Source: an uncultured Clostridia bacterium (lineage in GTDB: Bacteria; Bacillota; Clostridia; TANB77; CAG-465). Taken from it: a stretch of 32,339 bases of DNA. The notes beneath the pieces are model-generated. The model did no database searches. It saw only the letters and a list, made by a program, of their open reading frames with translations, and was not told where the DNA came from. Shown piece by piece: positions 18,003-26,702 of this stretch. A program made the translations under genes and the position numbers. Each line of letters begins with the position of its first letter. Position 1 is the first letter of the stretch. The stretch covers positions 1 to 32,339 of the forward strand of contig CANRAK010000003.1 in assembly GCA_947628575.1 (NCBI GenBank). Reading direction: 5' to 3'.

Positions 18003-18233
18003 ATGAATATAGAAAAAGGAAAAACATATAGACATTTTAAGGGCCATATTGTTAAAGTATTAGAAATTGGTACTAATACAGAAACAATGGAAGAAATGGT
18101 AGTATATGAGCATTTAGGAGATAATAAAATATGGATAAGACCATATGATATGTTTGCAAGTCAAGAAGACATTAGTAGTAGAAAAGATAATATAACTGGT
18201 CAAAAAACAAGATTTGAATTATATGAATTATAG
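18003..18233 (+). CDS. DUF1653 domain protein
   Basis: G..YRHFKG...V.....TET.E.MVVY......WIRPYDMF...RFE. Confidence 0.9.
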   Translation: MNIEKGKTYRHFKGHIVKVLEIGTNTETMEEMVVYEHLGDNKIWIRPYDMFASQEDISSRKDNITGQKTRFELYEL

Positions 18234-18257
18234 GTAGAGTTTAGGCTCTACCTTTTT
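18232..18257 (+). terminator. Intrinsic terminator
   Basis: AGGTAGAG, 6-nt loop, CTCTACCT, then TTTT. Confidence 0.8.
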
Positions 18258-18313
18258 CTGCATTACATTTGTGTTAAAAATACATTACATAAATCACATT
18301 TAAATATTATTAA

Positions 18314-18342
18314 TTGTTAATATTGCTTAAAATGTGTATAAT
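18314..18342 (+). promoter_or_regulatory. Candidate sigma-A promoter
   Basis: TTGTTA (18314-18319), 17 bp, TATAAT (18337-18342). RBS AGGAGG at 18355-18360. Confidence 0.55.
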
Positions 18343-18367
18343 ATAGGTAAACATAGGAGGTTTATTT

Positions 18368-19666
18368 ATGGACGAGTTAAAAAATAAATTAATTGCAGAA
18401 TATATAGAAAGAAATAACATAAAACTTGATGAGAATCAAGATATAGAAGATGTATTAAATATAGAGGATAAATATGATGGATATAACTTAAAAGAGCTAT
18501 CTATTAATGATGAAAAAATATCAATAGAATATGACGAATATGATAATGTTATAAAAAGAACAAGAAATGGAAAAAATTATAAAGAAGTACTAAAGTATGA
18601 TTTTGATGGTAAATTAAACTCTAGTTATTATTCTGAAAAAACAAAAAATGATTTTGATGAAGAAATGTTAAATAAAACTGTTATAAAATATCATAGAAAT
18701 GGTTGTATAAGTAGCAAAACAAATGCTAAATTTACAGATAATAACACATATAATTATTATAAATCAGAAGGATTTACAAATAAAGGAGAACCTCTTTTTA
18801 GTGTAGAAGAAGAGACAAAGCATAATCCAATTCATGAAGATGGAAAAGAGTATAGTACAAAGGTAAGTAAGTCTTTTTATAACGAAGATGGAAAAGCTAT
18901 GTCAAAAAAATATTTTTTAGAAAAGTATCCTGAATATGCAGATGAAATAAATGCACTAGATGAAATGAAAAATGTAGATTATAAAATAAAAGAAGAAGTA
19001 GATGTAAATGGAAATTTAGCACGTCAAATAATACAATATGGAGATTATACTGAAGAAAAAGAATATAAAAATGGAAAATTAGCATCTAAATCTTTAGATA
19101 AAAATACAGAGCAAGAAATTTTACATAAGAAACAAATATATAATAAAAAAGGTGAACTAGAAATTAAGTCTTATGTAAATTATGATAAAGTGAAAAAAAC
19201 AGGTGAATCAAGAATTAGCAATGGACATGGCGACACTATTATGGCAATACATGTAGATAAAGATAAAAAAGCTAAATTAATGTGTTATTCTATAAATTCA
19301 ATAAACCCTAATGAACCAATAAGTAGCAATAAGTTTTATCAAGAGTGTGTGGAAAATGAAGGAAATAATGAGTCATTAAAAAAAGTATTAAATGAAAGAG
19401 ATGTCATATATAATTATACTATAACTAGTGGTTTTGATATTGAAGATGTTTCAAGTAATAAAAATAAACTAGTAAATAGCATTTTAGGAAAAATTAAATT
19501 ATCACGTGAAATGAAGGAATATGAAAAATATCAAGAATATTATCGTGAGTTACATGAAGAACAATCTAAAAAAATGAATAATGATAAAGATAAATTAAAA
19601 ATAGGAGAAAATAAAAGAGAAGAAAAAGATAAAAAAGCAAAAGAAAAAGAAGAGATAGGGAGATAG
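18368..19666 (+). CDS. Hypothetical protein with degenerate YD/MORN-variant-like beta-hairpin repeats and a charged C-terminal tail
   Basis: Recurring Y-x(2-3)-G-x-hydrophobic units. No signal peptide or TM segment. Strong RBS. Confidence 0.65.
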   Translation: MDELKNKLIAEYIERNNIKLDENQDIEDVLNIEDKYDGYNLKELSINDEKISIEYDEYDNVIKRTRNGKNYKEVLKYDFDGKLNSSYYSEKTKNDFDEEMLNKTVIKYHRNGCISSKTNAKFTDNNTYNYYKSEGFTNKGEPLFSVEEETKHNPIHEDGKEYSTKVSKSFYNEDGKAMSKKYFLEKYPEYADEINALDEMKNVDYKIKEEVDVNGNLARQIIQYGDYTEEKEYKNGKLASKSLDKNTEQEILHKKQIYNKKGELEIKSYVNYDKVKKTGESRISNGHGDTIMAIHVDKDKKAKLMCYSINSINPNEPISSNKFYQECVENEGNNESLKKVLNERDVIYNYTITSGFDIEDVSSNKNKLVNSILGKIKLSREMKEYEKYQEYYRELHEEQSKKMNNDKDKLKIGENKREEKDKKAKEKEEIGR

Positions 19667-20002
19667 ATGCGTATGTTATTAGATAAAATAAAAAGTATAT
19701 TTTCTAGTGTTTTTGGTAATAGAAAAAAATTACCAGAAGTAGATTTTAACCAAATATATCAAGATTCAAAAAGTGGTAAAATAGACTTATATTCTTTAGA
19801 TGAAAATACTCTATCGAAGATAGATGAAACATTAGAAAAAGAAGTTATAATAGAAAAGAAAAATTTAGAAAAAGAGATAGGCGAAGAAATAGAGCTTTCA
19901 GAAGATGCAATTGATACAAAAATTCAAGAATTAATTGAAGAAATACATAGATTATTAGTTCAAGTTGAAGAAAGAAATAAAAAAATAGATGCAACTGTTT
20001 AA
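19667..20002 (+). CDS. Hypothetical protein with an N-terminal amphipathic helix and acidic coiled coil
   Basis: ATG immediately follows the upstream TAG. Starts LLDKIKSIFSSVFG, then Glu-rich heptads. Confidence 0.65.
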   Translation: MRMLLDKIKSIFSSVFGNRKKLPEVDFNQIYQDSKSGKIDLYSLDENTLSKIDETLEKEVIIEKKNLEKEIGEEIELSEDAIDTKIQELIEEIHRLLVQVEERNKKIDATV

Positions 20003-20064
20003 AATGTGAAAGAATGGTACTAATTTGTATTAATTATTACCATTTTTTCTTTGGAGGAGTTTAA

Positions 20065-20664
20065 ATGAAGAAAATTGTAATGGCAACAAATAATGTAGGT
20101 AAAATAAATGAACTTAAAAAAATGCTAAAAGGATATGAAATTTATTCTCAAAAAGAAATGAAAATTGAAGATTTAAATGTTGAAGAAAACGGTGAGACTT
20201 TTGAGGAGAATGCTATAATTAAAGCTAATTCAATTAAAAATTTAGTTGGAAAAGACATATATATTTTAGCAGAAGATTCTGGTATATGTGTTGAAGCACT
20301 TAATGGATATCCTGGAGTAAAAACTAAAAGAGCAGCTCAAGAAGAGCTAAAAAAAGAAGTTACAAATGAAGAACGATATAAACTTTTAATAGAAAAAATG
20401 AAAGATATTGAAAATAGAAAAGTTATATGGCAAACAGTAGTAGCTCTAATTGAGCCTAATGGTAAAGTATCTACATTTATAGGAGAAGTTGAAGGTAGTG
20501 TTGCATATGAGATTACTGGAAATAATGGATTTGGATTTGACCCTATATTTTATATAAAAGAAGAAGGAAAGACTTTAGGACAAATGAGCTTTGAAGAAAA
20601 AGAAAAATATAGTGCCAGAAAAAGAGCAATTGAAAAATTAATTAAATATTTGGAAGAAAAATAA
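20065..20664 (+). CDS. rdgB: Non-canonical purine NTP pyrophosphatase (RdgB/HAM1 family), variant motifs
   Basis: ATNN.GK..E, EE.G.TF.ENA..KA, EDSG..V.AL.G.PG, GFGFDPIF and EEK...SAR. Confidence 0.88.
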   Translation: MKKIVMATNNVGKINELKKMLKGYEIYSQKEMKIEDLNVEENGETFEENAIIKANSIKNLVGKDIYILAEDSGICVEALNGYPGVKTKRAAQEELKKEVTNEERYKLLIEKMKDIENRKVIWQTVVALIEPNGKVSTFIGEVEGSVAYEITGNNGFGFDPIFYIKEEGKTLGQMSFEEKEKYSARKRAIEKLIKYLEEK

Positions 20665-20757
20665 AAATTTGTAATAAAAACAAAAAAATGTAAAAAACAT
20701 TTTGATTTTTAGTTATTTATGATATACTATAATATATGTAAAGTATGGAGGATGTAT

Positions 20758-21972
20758 ATGAATAGTAAAAAAGGAATATCAAAAATTGCAATAGTAATTA
20801 TTATTTTTGTTGTTATATTATTAATAGCAGGTGGAACTATATTAACTATATGGCTTATAGATAAAAATAAACCTGTAACTGAAGTAAAACTTTATGAAGA
20901 ATATAATGAAGGACAGGAAATTTCAAATGATGAATTTGAAGAAGATGAAGTATTAACACCACTTGCAAAAGGTTTAACAGAATATAGAAATGACGAGCTT
21001 GGTGTAAGATTTGGTTATTTTGATAGTATGGAAATACCTGTTGATGAAGAGGCAGATGATGGTACATATATTTCAACAATCAATTCTGAAGAAAAATCTA
21101 CTGTAATTCAACTTAGAATTGGAAAAATAGATGTATCACAACCAGGTATTGATCATATAGATAAACAAAAAGCTGCTCTAAAACAAGAACTAATTGAAGC
21201 TGAAACTTATGAAATAGAAGTTGAAGAAAACGGAAAGAAAGTTACTAAAACTATTGTACCTACAGAAGATGAAGTATCAGATATAGATATATCTTATACA
21301 TTATTTGCAGGACAATTAGCTGTTAGATTTAAATATACAGAAAATGATATGGAAGCAGCTAGAGTATTAACTATTAAGGATGAGAAGGTATACTCTTTAA
21401 CATATAAAGCTGAAAAGGATGATTATAATTATAATGACCAAGAAAAAATATTCCAAACTTTTGAATTTATAGATAGAATTGATGATGTAAAACCAGATGA
21501 TTTAAATACAGTCGTTATAAATGGTAAAGAGTATAGTTTACCAATGAAAGTATCAAATATTGAAGGTTTACCTATAGATTCAAAATACTCTACTGGAAAA
21601 ATTCAACCTAATTATTATACAGTAGTATCACTATATGAATTACAAAATCCAAAATATAGTGGATACATATACAATGCAAGAGCTAGTGTAAATGAAATAG
21701 GTAAAGGATATATTACTGCAATATCTACAGATGTTGACAGAGGAGGAAATATTAAAATATATAAAGGTGTAGAAATTGGAACTACATATGCTAAAGTTAA
21801 AGAATTATTAGGAAGCCCAACTAAGCAATATTATTCAGATGATGAGTCTACACTAACAAACATTTATCAGATACAAGGTGTTACAATACAACTTAGATTT
21901 AGAAATGATGATTTATCTAAACCAGACGAAACATCAAAAGTAGTATCAATATTACTTAGAGTTCCTAGATAA
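20758..21972 (+). CDS. Membrane-anchored extracytoplasmic protein with a prepilin-like N-terminus and possible PsbP/DcrB-like domain
   Basis: Start moved from 20719 to ATG 20758 (GGAGG at 20747-20751). MNSKKG followed by a hydrophobic helix. YRN...GVRF.Y ... VYSLTY.A...Y......IFQTFEF resembles the PsbP/DcrB fold. Confidence 0.6.
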   Translation: MNSKKGISKIAIVIIIFVVILLIAGGTILTIWLIDKNKPVTEVKLYEEYNEGQEISNDEFEEDEVLTPLAKGLTEYRNDELGVRFGYFDSMEIPVDEEADDGTYISTINSEEKSTVIQLRIGKIDVSQPGIDHIDKQKAALKQELIEAETYEIEVEENGKKVTKTIVPTEDEVSDIDISYTLFAGQLAVRFKYTENDMEAARVLTIKDEKVYSLTYKAEKDDYNYNDQEKIFQTFEFIDRIDDVKPDDLNTVVINGKEYSLPMKVSNIEGLPIDSKYSTGKIQPNYYTVVSLYELQNPKYSGYIYNARASVNEIGKGYITAISTDVDRGGNIKIYKGVEIGTTYAKVKELLGSPTKQYYSDDESTLTNIYQIQGVTIQLRFRNDDLSKPDETSKVVSILLRVPR

Positions 21973-21987
21973 ATTAAAATATAATAT

Positions 21988-22028
21988 AAAACCACTTGTT
22001 TTAAATTCTTTTTAAAGCAAGTGGCTTT
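21988..22028 (+). terminator. Probable terminator
   Basis: AAAaCCACTTGtTTTAAA, loop, TTTAAAgCAAGTGGcTTT. Confidence 0.7.
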
Positions 22029-22122
22029 ATTATGCTAAATTATTATTTTTTCCTTTCAATTTATATATATTTGTAGTAAAATATATATATCAAAAAATAT
22101 ATTCTAATGAAGGAGGTAAATA

Positions 22123-23808
22123 ATGCAAAGAATTTGGAATTTGAAGAAATATGATAATAATTTAGTTGAGAAGATAAGAGAAGAGTATAAAGTTTCTGAA
22201 ATTATGGCTAAGCTTATTATATCAAGAGATATAGATTTTAAAGATATAGATAGCTTTTTAAATGGCACTTTAGATGATTTAAATGACCCATATAAGATAA
22301 AAGATATGGATAAATTTGTTAAAAGGGTAGATGAAGCTATAAAAAATAAAGAAAAAATTTGCATTTATGGTGACTATGATGTAGATGGTATTACTAGTAT
22401 AACCATAATGTATAAATTTTTAACTAAGCTTGGTGCAGATATTATGTATTATTTACCAGATAGACTAATTGAAGGATATGGAATAAATAATAATGCCCTA
22501 AAGGAAATTAAAAATAAAGGAGTATCATTAATTATTACAGTAGACTGTGGTATTACAGCAATAGAAGAAGTAAAATTTGCTAAGGAGCTAGGTCTAGATG
22601 TATGTATAACTGACCATCATGAGTGTGCACCGGAATTGCCAGATGCTCTAGCAATAGTAAATCCTAAAAGAAAAGATGATACATCTTCATTTAAGCTACT
22701 TGCAGGTGTTGGTGTAGCATTTAAGTGTATTAGTGCAATAGCAATAAAATATAATTTAGATAAAGATGAGTATCTAAAATATTTAGATATAGTTTCTATT
22801 GGAACTATATCAGATATAGTTCCACTTATAGGGGAAAATAGGATTATATCTAAATATGGACTAAAAATGATGGAAAACACAGAAAATATAGGACTTAAAG
22901 CATTGCTAAAACTAGTAAATGCTAAAGAAATAGATAGTATGATGGTATCATTTGGAATGGCACCAAGAATAAATGCTTGTGGCAGAATGGGTAATGCTTC
23001 TGCAGCAGTCAAACTGTTGCTTGAAAAGGATAAAAATACAGCAGAGAAAATAGCATTAGAGCTAGATAATTTAAATCAAGAAAGAAAAAATGTTGAAACT
23101 ATAATATTTAATGATGCTATGGAAATAATAAAGGAAAAAAATCTTGAATCAAAAAATAGTATCGTACTATATAAAGATTCTTGGCATAATGGTGTTATAG
23201 GAATTGTTGCATCTAGACTTGTTAATATGTATTATAAGCCTGTAATACTACTAACTAAAGAAAATGGTATTATACGTGGTTCAGGACGTTGTCCAGCTGG
23301 ATTTTCAATTTATGATGCACTAACTGATTGTAAAGATAAACTAATACAATTTGGAGGTCATGAGCTAGCAGCAGGACTTAGCGTACAAGAAGATATGCTA
23401 GAAGAATTTATACAATCATTTGAAGAAGCTTCTTTTAAAAGAAAAGATGCTATTTCTGAACAGATTATAAATATAGATGCACAAATAGAAAGAAAAGACT
23501 TAAATATACAGATAATTAGAGATATTAGGACTCTTAAGCCATATGGACAGTCTAATCAGGTACCAATATTTGTATATAAAAATTTAAAAGTTAATGCTAT
23601 AAGAACAATAAAGGACGATAAGCATTTAAAACTAGTATTAAAAGATGATAAAAGCTTAATAGATGCTGTTGGATTTTCAATGGGACCTAGACGTGATGAG
23701 ATAAGGATAGGAGATAAAATAGATGTTGTAGGTAATGTAGAAGTTAATACATACAACACACCTAAAACTATACAACTAGTATTACAAGACTTTAAAAAGT
23801 CAATTTAA
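22123..23808 (+). CDS. recJ: Single-stranded-DNA-specific exonuclease RecJ
   Basis: GDYDVDG, PDR..EGYG, TVDCG, TDHH, GTISDIVPL.GENR, PRINA.GR and GGHELAAG. Confidence 0.97.
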   Translation: MQRIWNLKKYDNNLVEKIREEYKVSEIMAKLIISRDIDFKDIDSFLNGTLDDLNDPYKIKDMDKFVKRVDEAIKNKEKICIYGDYDVDGITSITIMYKFLTKLGADIMYYLPDRLIEGYGINNNALKEIKNKGVSLIITVDCGITAIEEVKFAKELGLDVCITDHHECAPELPDALAIVNPKRKDDTSSFKLLAGVGVAFKCISAIAIKYNLDKDEYLKYLDIVSIGTISDIVPLIGENRIISKYGLKMMENTENIGLKALLKLVNAKEIDSMMVSFGMAPRINACGRMGNASAAVKLLLEKDKNTAEKIALELDNLNQERKNVETIIFNDAMEIIKEKNLESKNSIVLYKDSWHNGVIGIVASRLVNMYYKPVILLTKENGIIRGSGRCPAGFSIYDALTDCKDKLIQFGGHELAAGLSVQEDMLEEFIQSFEEASFKRKDAISEQIINIDAQIERKDLNIQIIRDIRTLKPYGQSNQVPIFVYKNLKVNAIRTIKDDKHLKLVLKDDKSLIDAVGFSMGPRRDEIRIGDKIDVVGNVEVNTYNTPKTIQLVLQDFKKSI

Positions 23809-23822
23809 AATAGGAGATGTAA

Positions 23823-25988
23823 ATGGAACAAAAAGATTATTTAGAAGAAATAAAAAATGTATTGGAAAAAGAGAATATAAAATATGAATTAGATGAACTA
23901 GAAAAAGTAGTAGAATATGCAAAAGATAGCTATAAAGACAAACAAATACTTAACGATAGTACAATAGATTTTGTACTTGAAGTAGCAAGTGAAGTAGCTA
24001 CATTAAGACTAGACGATAAATCTATATATGCAGCTCTTATGTACCCTATTGTAGATTATGATGATTTTGATGAGAAAAAATTATCTGAAGTTGCTGGTGA
24101 AGAAACAACAGATTTAATCTTAACTTTAAAACAGTTAGAAGAAGATTATAAAAAAGAAGATAAAATAAATATATCAACAAATCCAGAAGTGCTAAGAAAT
24201 ATGTTTATGGCTATTGCAAAGGATATAAGAGTAGTAATTATTAAAATAGCTGAAAGACTATCTTATATGAGAAGAATGAATACATTAGATAATAGCGTAA
24301 AGGAGCAAATAGCAAAAGAGTGCTTAGAAATATATGCTCCTATAGCTCATAGACTTGGTATGTCAAAAGTAAAATCTGAACTTGAAGATATATCTTTTAG
24401 AATTTTACTACCAGAAGAATATCACAATATAAAAGAGCAAATTGATGAGAAAAAAGAAGAAAGAGAAGCATATATTGATGCAAGGATAAAAGAAGTAACA
24501 GAAAAGCTTAAAGAGCAAAATATAGAAGCAACTATATATGGTAGACCAAAACATTTTTATAGTATATATAAGAAAATGAAAGCAAAATCATGTAAAGCAG
24601 ATGATTTATTTGACCTTATTGCAATAAGAGTTATTGTAAACTCAATAAAAGACTGCTATAGTGTATTAGGAATTGTACATGATATGTATAAGCCAATGCC
24701 TGGTAGATTTAAAGATTATATTGCTGTACCAAAGACAAATATGTATCAGTCACTTCATACTACTGTTTTTGGTGAAGGTGGTAGACCATTTGAAATACAA
24801 ATACGTACATGGGATATGCACAATGTAGCTGAACGTGGTATTGCAGCACACTTTTCATATAAAGAAAAAAGTAAGAAAATATCTGAGGCAGATAAAAAGA
24901 TTATTTGGCTTAGAAAAACTTTAGAGATACAAAAAGAACTAGCAGATAATACTGAGAATATGGATAAAATTAAAACTGAGATATTTGGAGAAGAAGTTTT
25001 TGTATTTACACCTAAAGGAGATATTAAGTCTATGCCTAAAGGCTCAACACCAATAGATTTTGCATATTCAATTCATCAAAAAGTTGCAGAGCAAATGGTA
25101 GGTGCTAAAATAAATGGAAGAATGGTACCACTTAATACTAAGCTTGAAAACAAAGATGTTGTTGAAGTTGTAACAAGTAAAAATTCAAAAGGACCTAATA
25201 GAGACTGGCTTAAATATGTAAAGACTACAAGTGCTAAAAATAAAATAACTAGTTTCTTGAAAAAAGAAGGTAGAGAAATTAATATCCAAAGTGGTAAAGA
25301 GTCTTTTGATAAAATTTTAAGAAAGCAAAAATATTCACGTGATGAACTATTAAAAGATGAATTTATAGAGCCTGCTTTAAAAAGATTTAATTGCAAAACA
25401 TTAGATGATTGTTATGAAAATATAGGATTTGGTAGTATATCACCTGTAAAAGTGGTTAATAAAATTGTAGAGTTATATGAAGATAGTATTAATCCAACAG
25501 ATGACTCAAAGTTAAAAGTAGTTACTAAGAAAAGAAAAAATAATAGTAATGATTTAGTAGAAGTAGAAGGAATAGATAACTGCTTAGTTAAATTTGCTAG
25601 ATGCTGTTCACCAATACCAGGAGATGATATAGTAGGATATATTACTTTTTCAAATGGTATTTCAATTCATAGAAAAGACTGTGCTAATTTAAAAGCATTA
25701 GATATAGAAGCAAGAACTATAAAAGTATCATGGAAAGAGCAAACACAAGCTGAATTTACAGCACGTGTTGTTGTAAAAGCAAATGATAGAGATGGAGTAC
25801 TTGCAGATATATTAAAAACTATGCGAGAACTAAAAATAGATATAACTGAAATAAGTACTAAAGTTACACAAGATAGAGAAAATATAACTAATTTATGTGC
25901 AACAGTTAAAGATATAAACACTATGCAGACTATGATAAAAGCATTAAGAAAAATAGATAGTGTTTTTGATGTAAGGAGAATAAAATAA
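23823..25988 (+). CDS. rel: Long RelA/SpoT homologue, (p)ppGpp synthetase with a degenerate hydrolase domain, plus TGS, ZFD and ACT domains
   Basis: APIAHRLG, GRPKH.YSI..KM, RFKDYI..PK.N.YQSLHT, EIQIRT..MH..AE.G.AAH, TGS (FTPKG...TPIDFAY..H), CC.P.PGD...IHRKDC and ACT (DRDGVL). Confidence 0.95.
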   Translation: MEQKDYLEEIKNVLEKENIKYELDELEKVVEYAKDSYKDKQILNDSTIDFVLEVASEVATLRLDDKSIYAALMYPIVDYDDFDEKKLSEVAGEETTDLILTLKQLEEDYKKEDKINISTNPEVLRNMFMAIAKDIRVVIIKIAERLSYMRRMNTLDNSVKEQIAKECLEIYAPIAHRLGMSKVKSELEDISFRILLPEEYHNIKEQIDEKKEEREAYIDARIKEVTEKLKEQNIEATIYGRPKHFYSIYKKMKAKSCKADDLFDLIAIRVIVNSIKDCYSVLGIVHDMYKPMPGRFKDYIAVPKTNMYQSLHTTVFGEGGRPFEIQIRTWDMHNVAERGIAAHFSYKEKSKKISEADKKIIWLRKTLEIQKELADNTENMDKIKTEIFGEEVFVFTPKGDIKSMPKGSTPIDFAYSIHQKVAEQMVGAKINGRMVPLNTKLENKDVVEVVTSKNSKGPNRDWLKYVKTTSAKNKITSFLKKEGREINIQSGKESFDKILRKQKYSRDELLKDEFIEPALKRFNCKTLDDCYENIGFGSISPVKVVNKIVELYEDSINPTDDSKLKVVTKKRKNNSNDLVEVEGIDNCLVKFARCCSPIPGDDIVGYITFSNGISIHRKDCANLKALDIEARTIKVSWKEQTQAEFTARVVVKANDRDGVLADILKTMRELKIDITEISTKVTQDRENITNLCATVKDINTMQTMIKALRKIDSVFDVRRIK

Positions 25989-25991
25989 TAT

Positions 25992-26702
25992 ATGGTTAAT
26001 ATAGAAGAAGTACAACTAGAGATATTAGACACAGGGCATATAACTAATTGTTATATCTTATATAACAATGAAAAAGAGGCTTTAATAGTAGACCCTGCAT
26101 TTAATTCAGAAGTTATAATAAATAAAATAGAAAAACTAAATTTAAAACCTAAATATGTGTTATTAACACATGCTCATGCTGACCATACAATGGCATTAAA
26201 TGAAATAGTTGAAAAGTATAATATAAATGTTATAGCAAATAAAAAAGAAAAAAATATGATTGAAGGAAAAGTCAATGATTACGCTGATGTATTTGGACTT
26301 AAGACAATAGAAAAGCCATTAGATAAATTTATTTATTTAAAAGATGGAGAAATAATTAAACTTGGTAATGATGAAATTAAGATGATACATACTCCTGGTC
26401 ATACAGTTGGTAGTGTTTGTTATTACATAGTAAACCAAAATATGTTACTTACAGGTGATACATTATTTAAAGACTGTTTTGGAAGATGCGACTTAGCTAC
26501 AGGTAGTATAGATGATATGATTAAATCGTTAATAAAATTATATAAAGAATATAATAATTGTAGAATATATCCAGGCCATGAATCAGTAGGTGTTACAGTT
26601 GAAGATACATATTATTATATAAAAATATATCTAAGAAAAAGCTTTCAATTTGACTTAGATAGTTATGTTAAAGATGATGGAGGAAAATATGAATCACTTT
26701 AA
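25992..26702 (+). CDS. MBL-fold metallo-hydrolase (glyoxalase II-like)
   Basis: NCY, VDP, THAHADH, HTPGHT.GS, TGDTLF and YPGH. Usual position downstream of rel. Confidence 0.93.
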   Translation: MVNIEEVQLEILDTGHITNCYILYNNEKEALIVDPAFNSEVIINKIEKLNLKPKYVLLTHAHADHTMALNEIVEKYNINVIANKKEKNMIEGKVNDYADVFGLKTIEKPLDKFIYLKDGEIIKLGNDEIKMIHTPGHTVGSVCYYIVNQNMLLTGDTLFKDCFGRCDLATGSIDDMIKSLIKLYKEYNNCRIYPGHESVGVTVEDTYYYIKIYLRKSFQFDLDSYVKDDGGKYESL

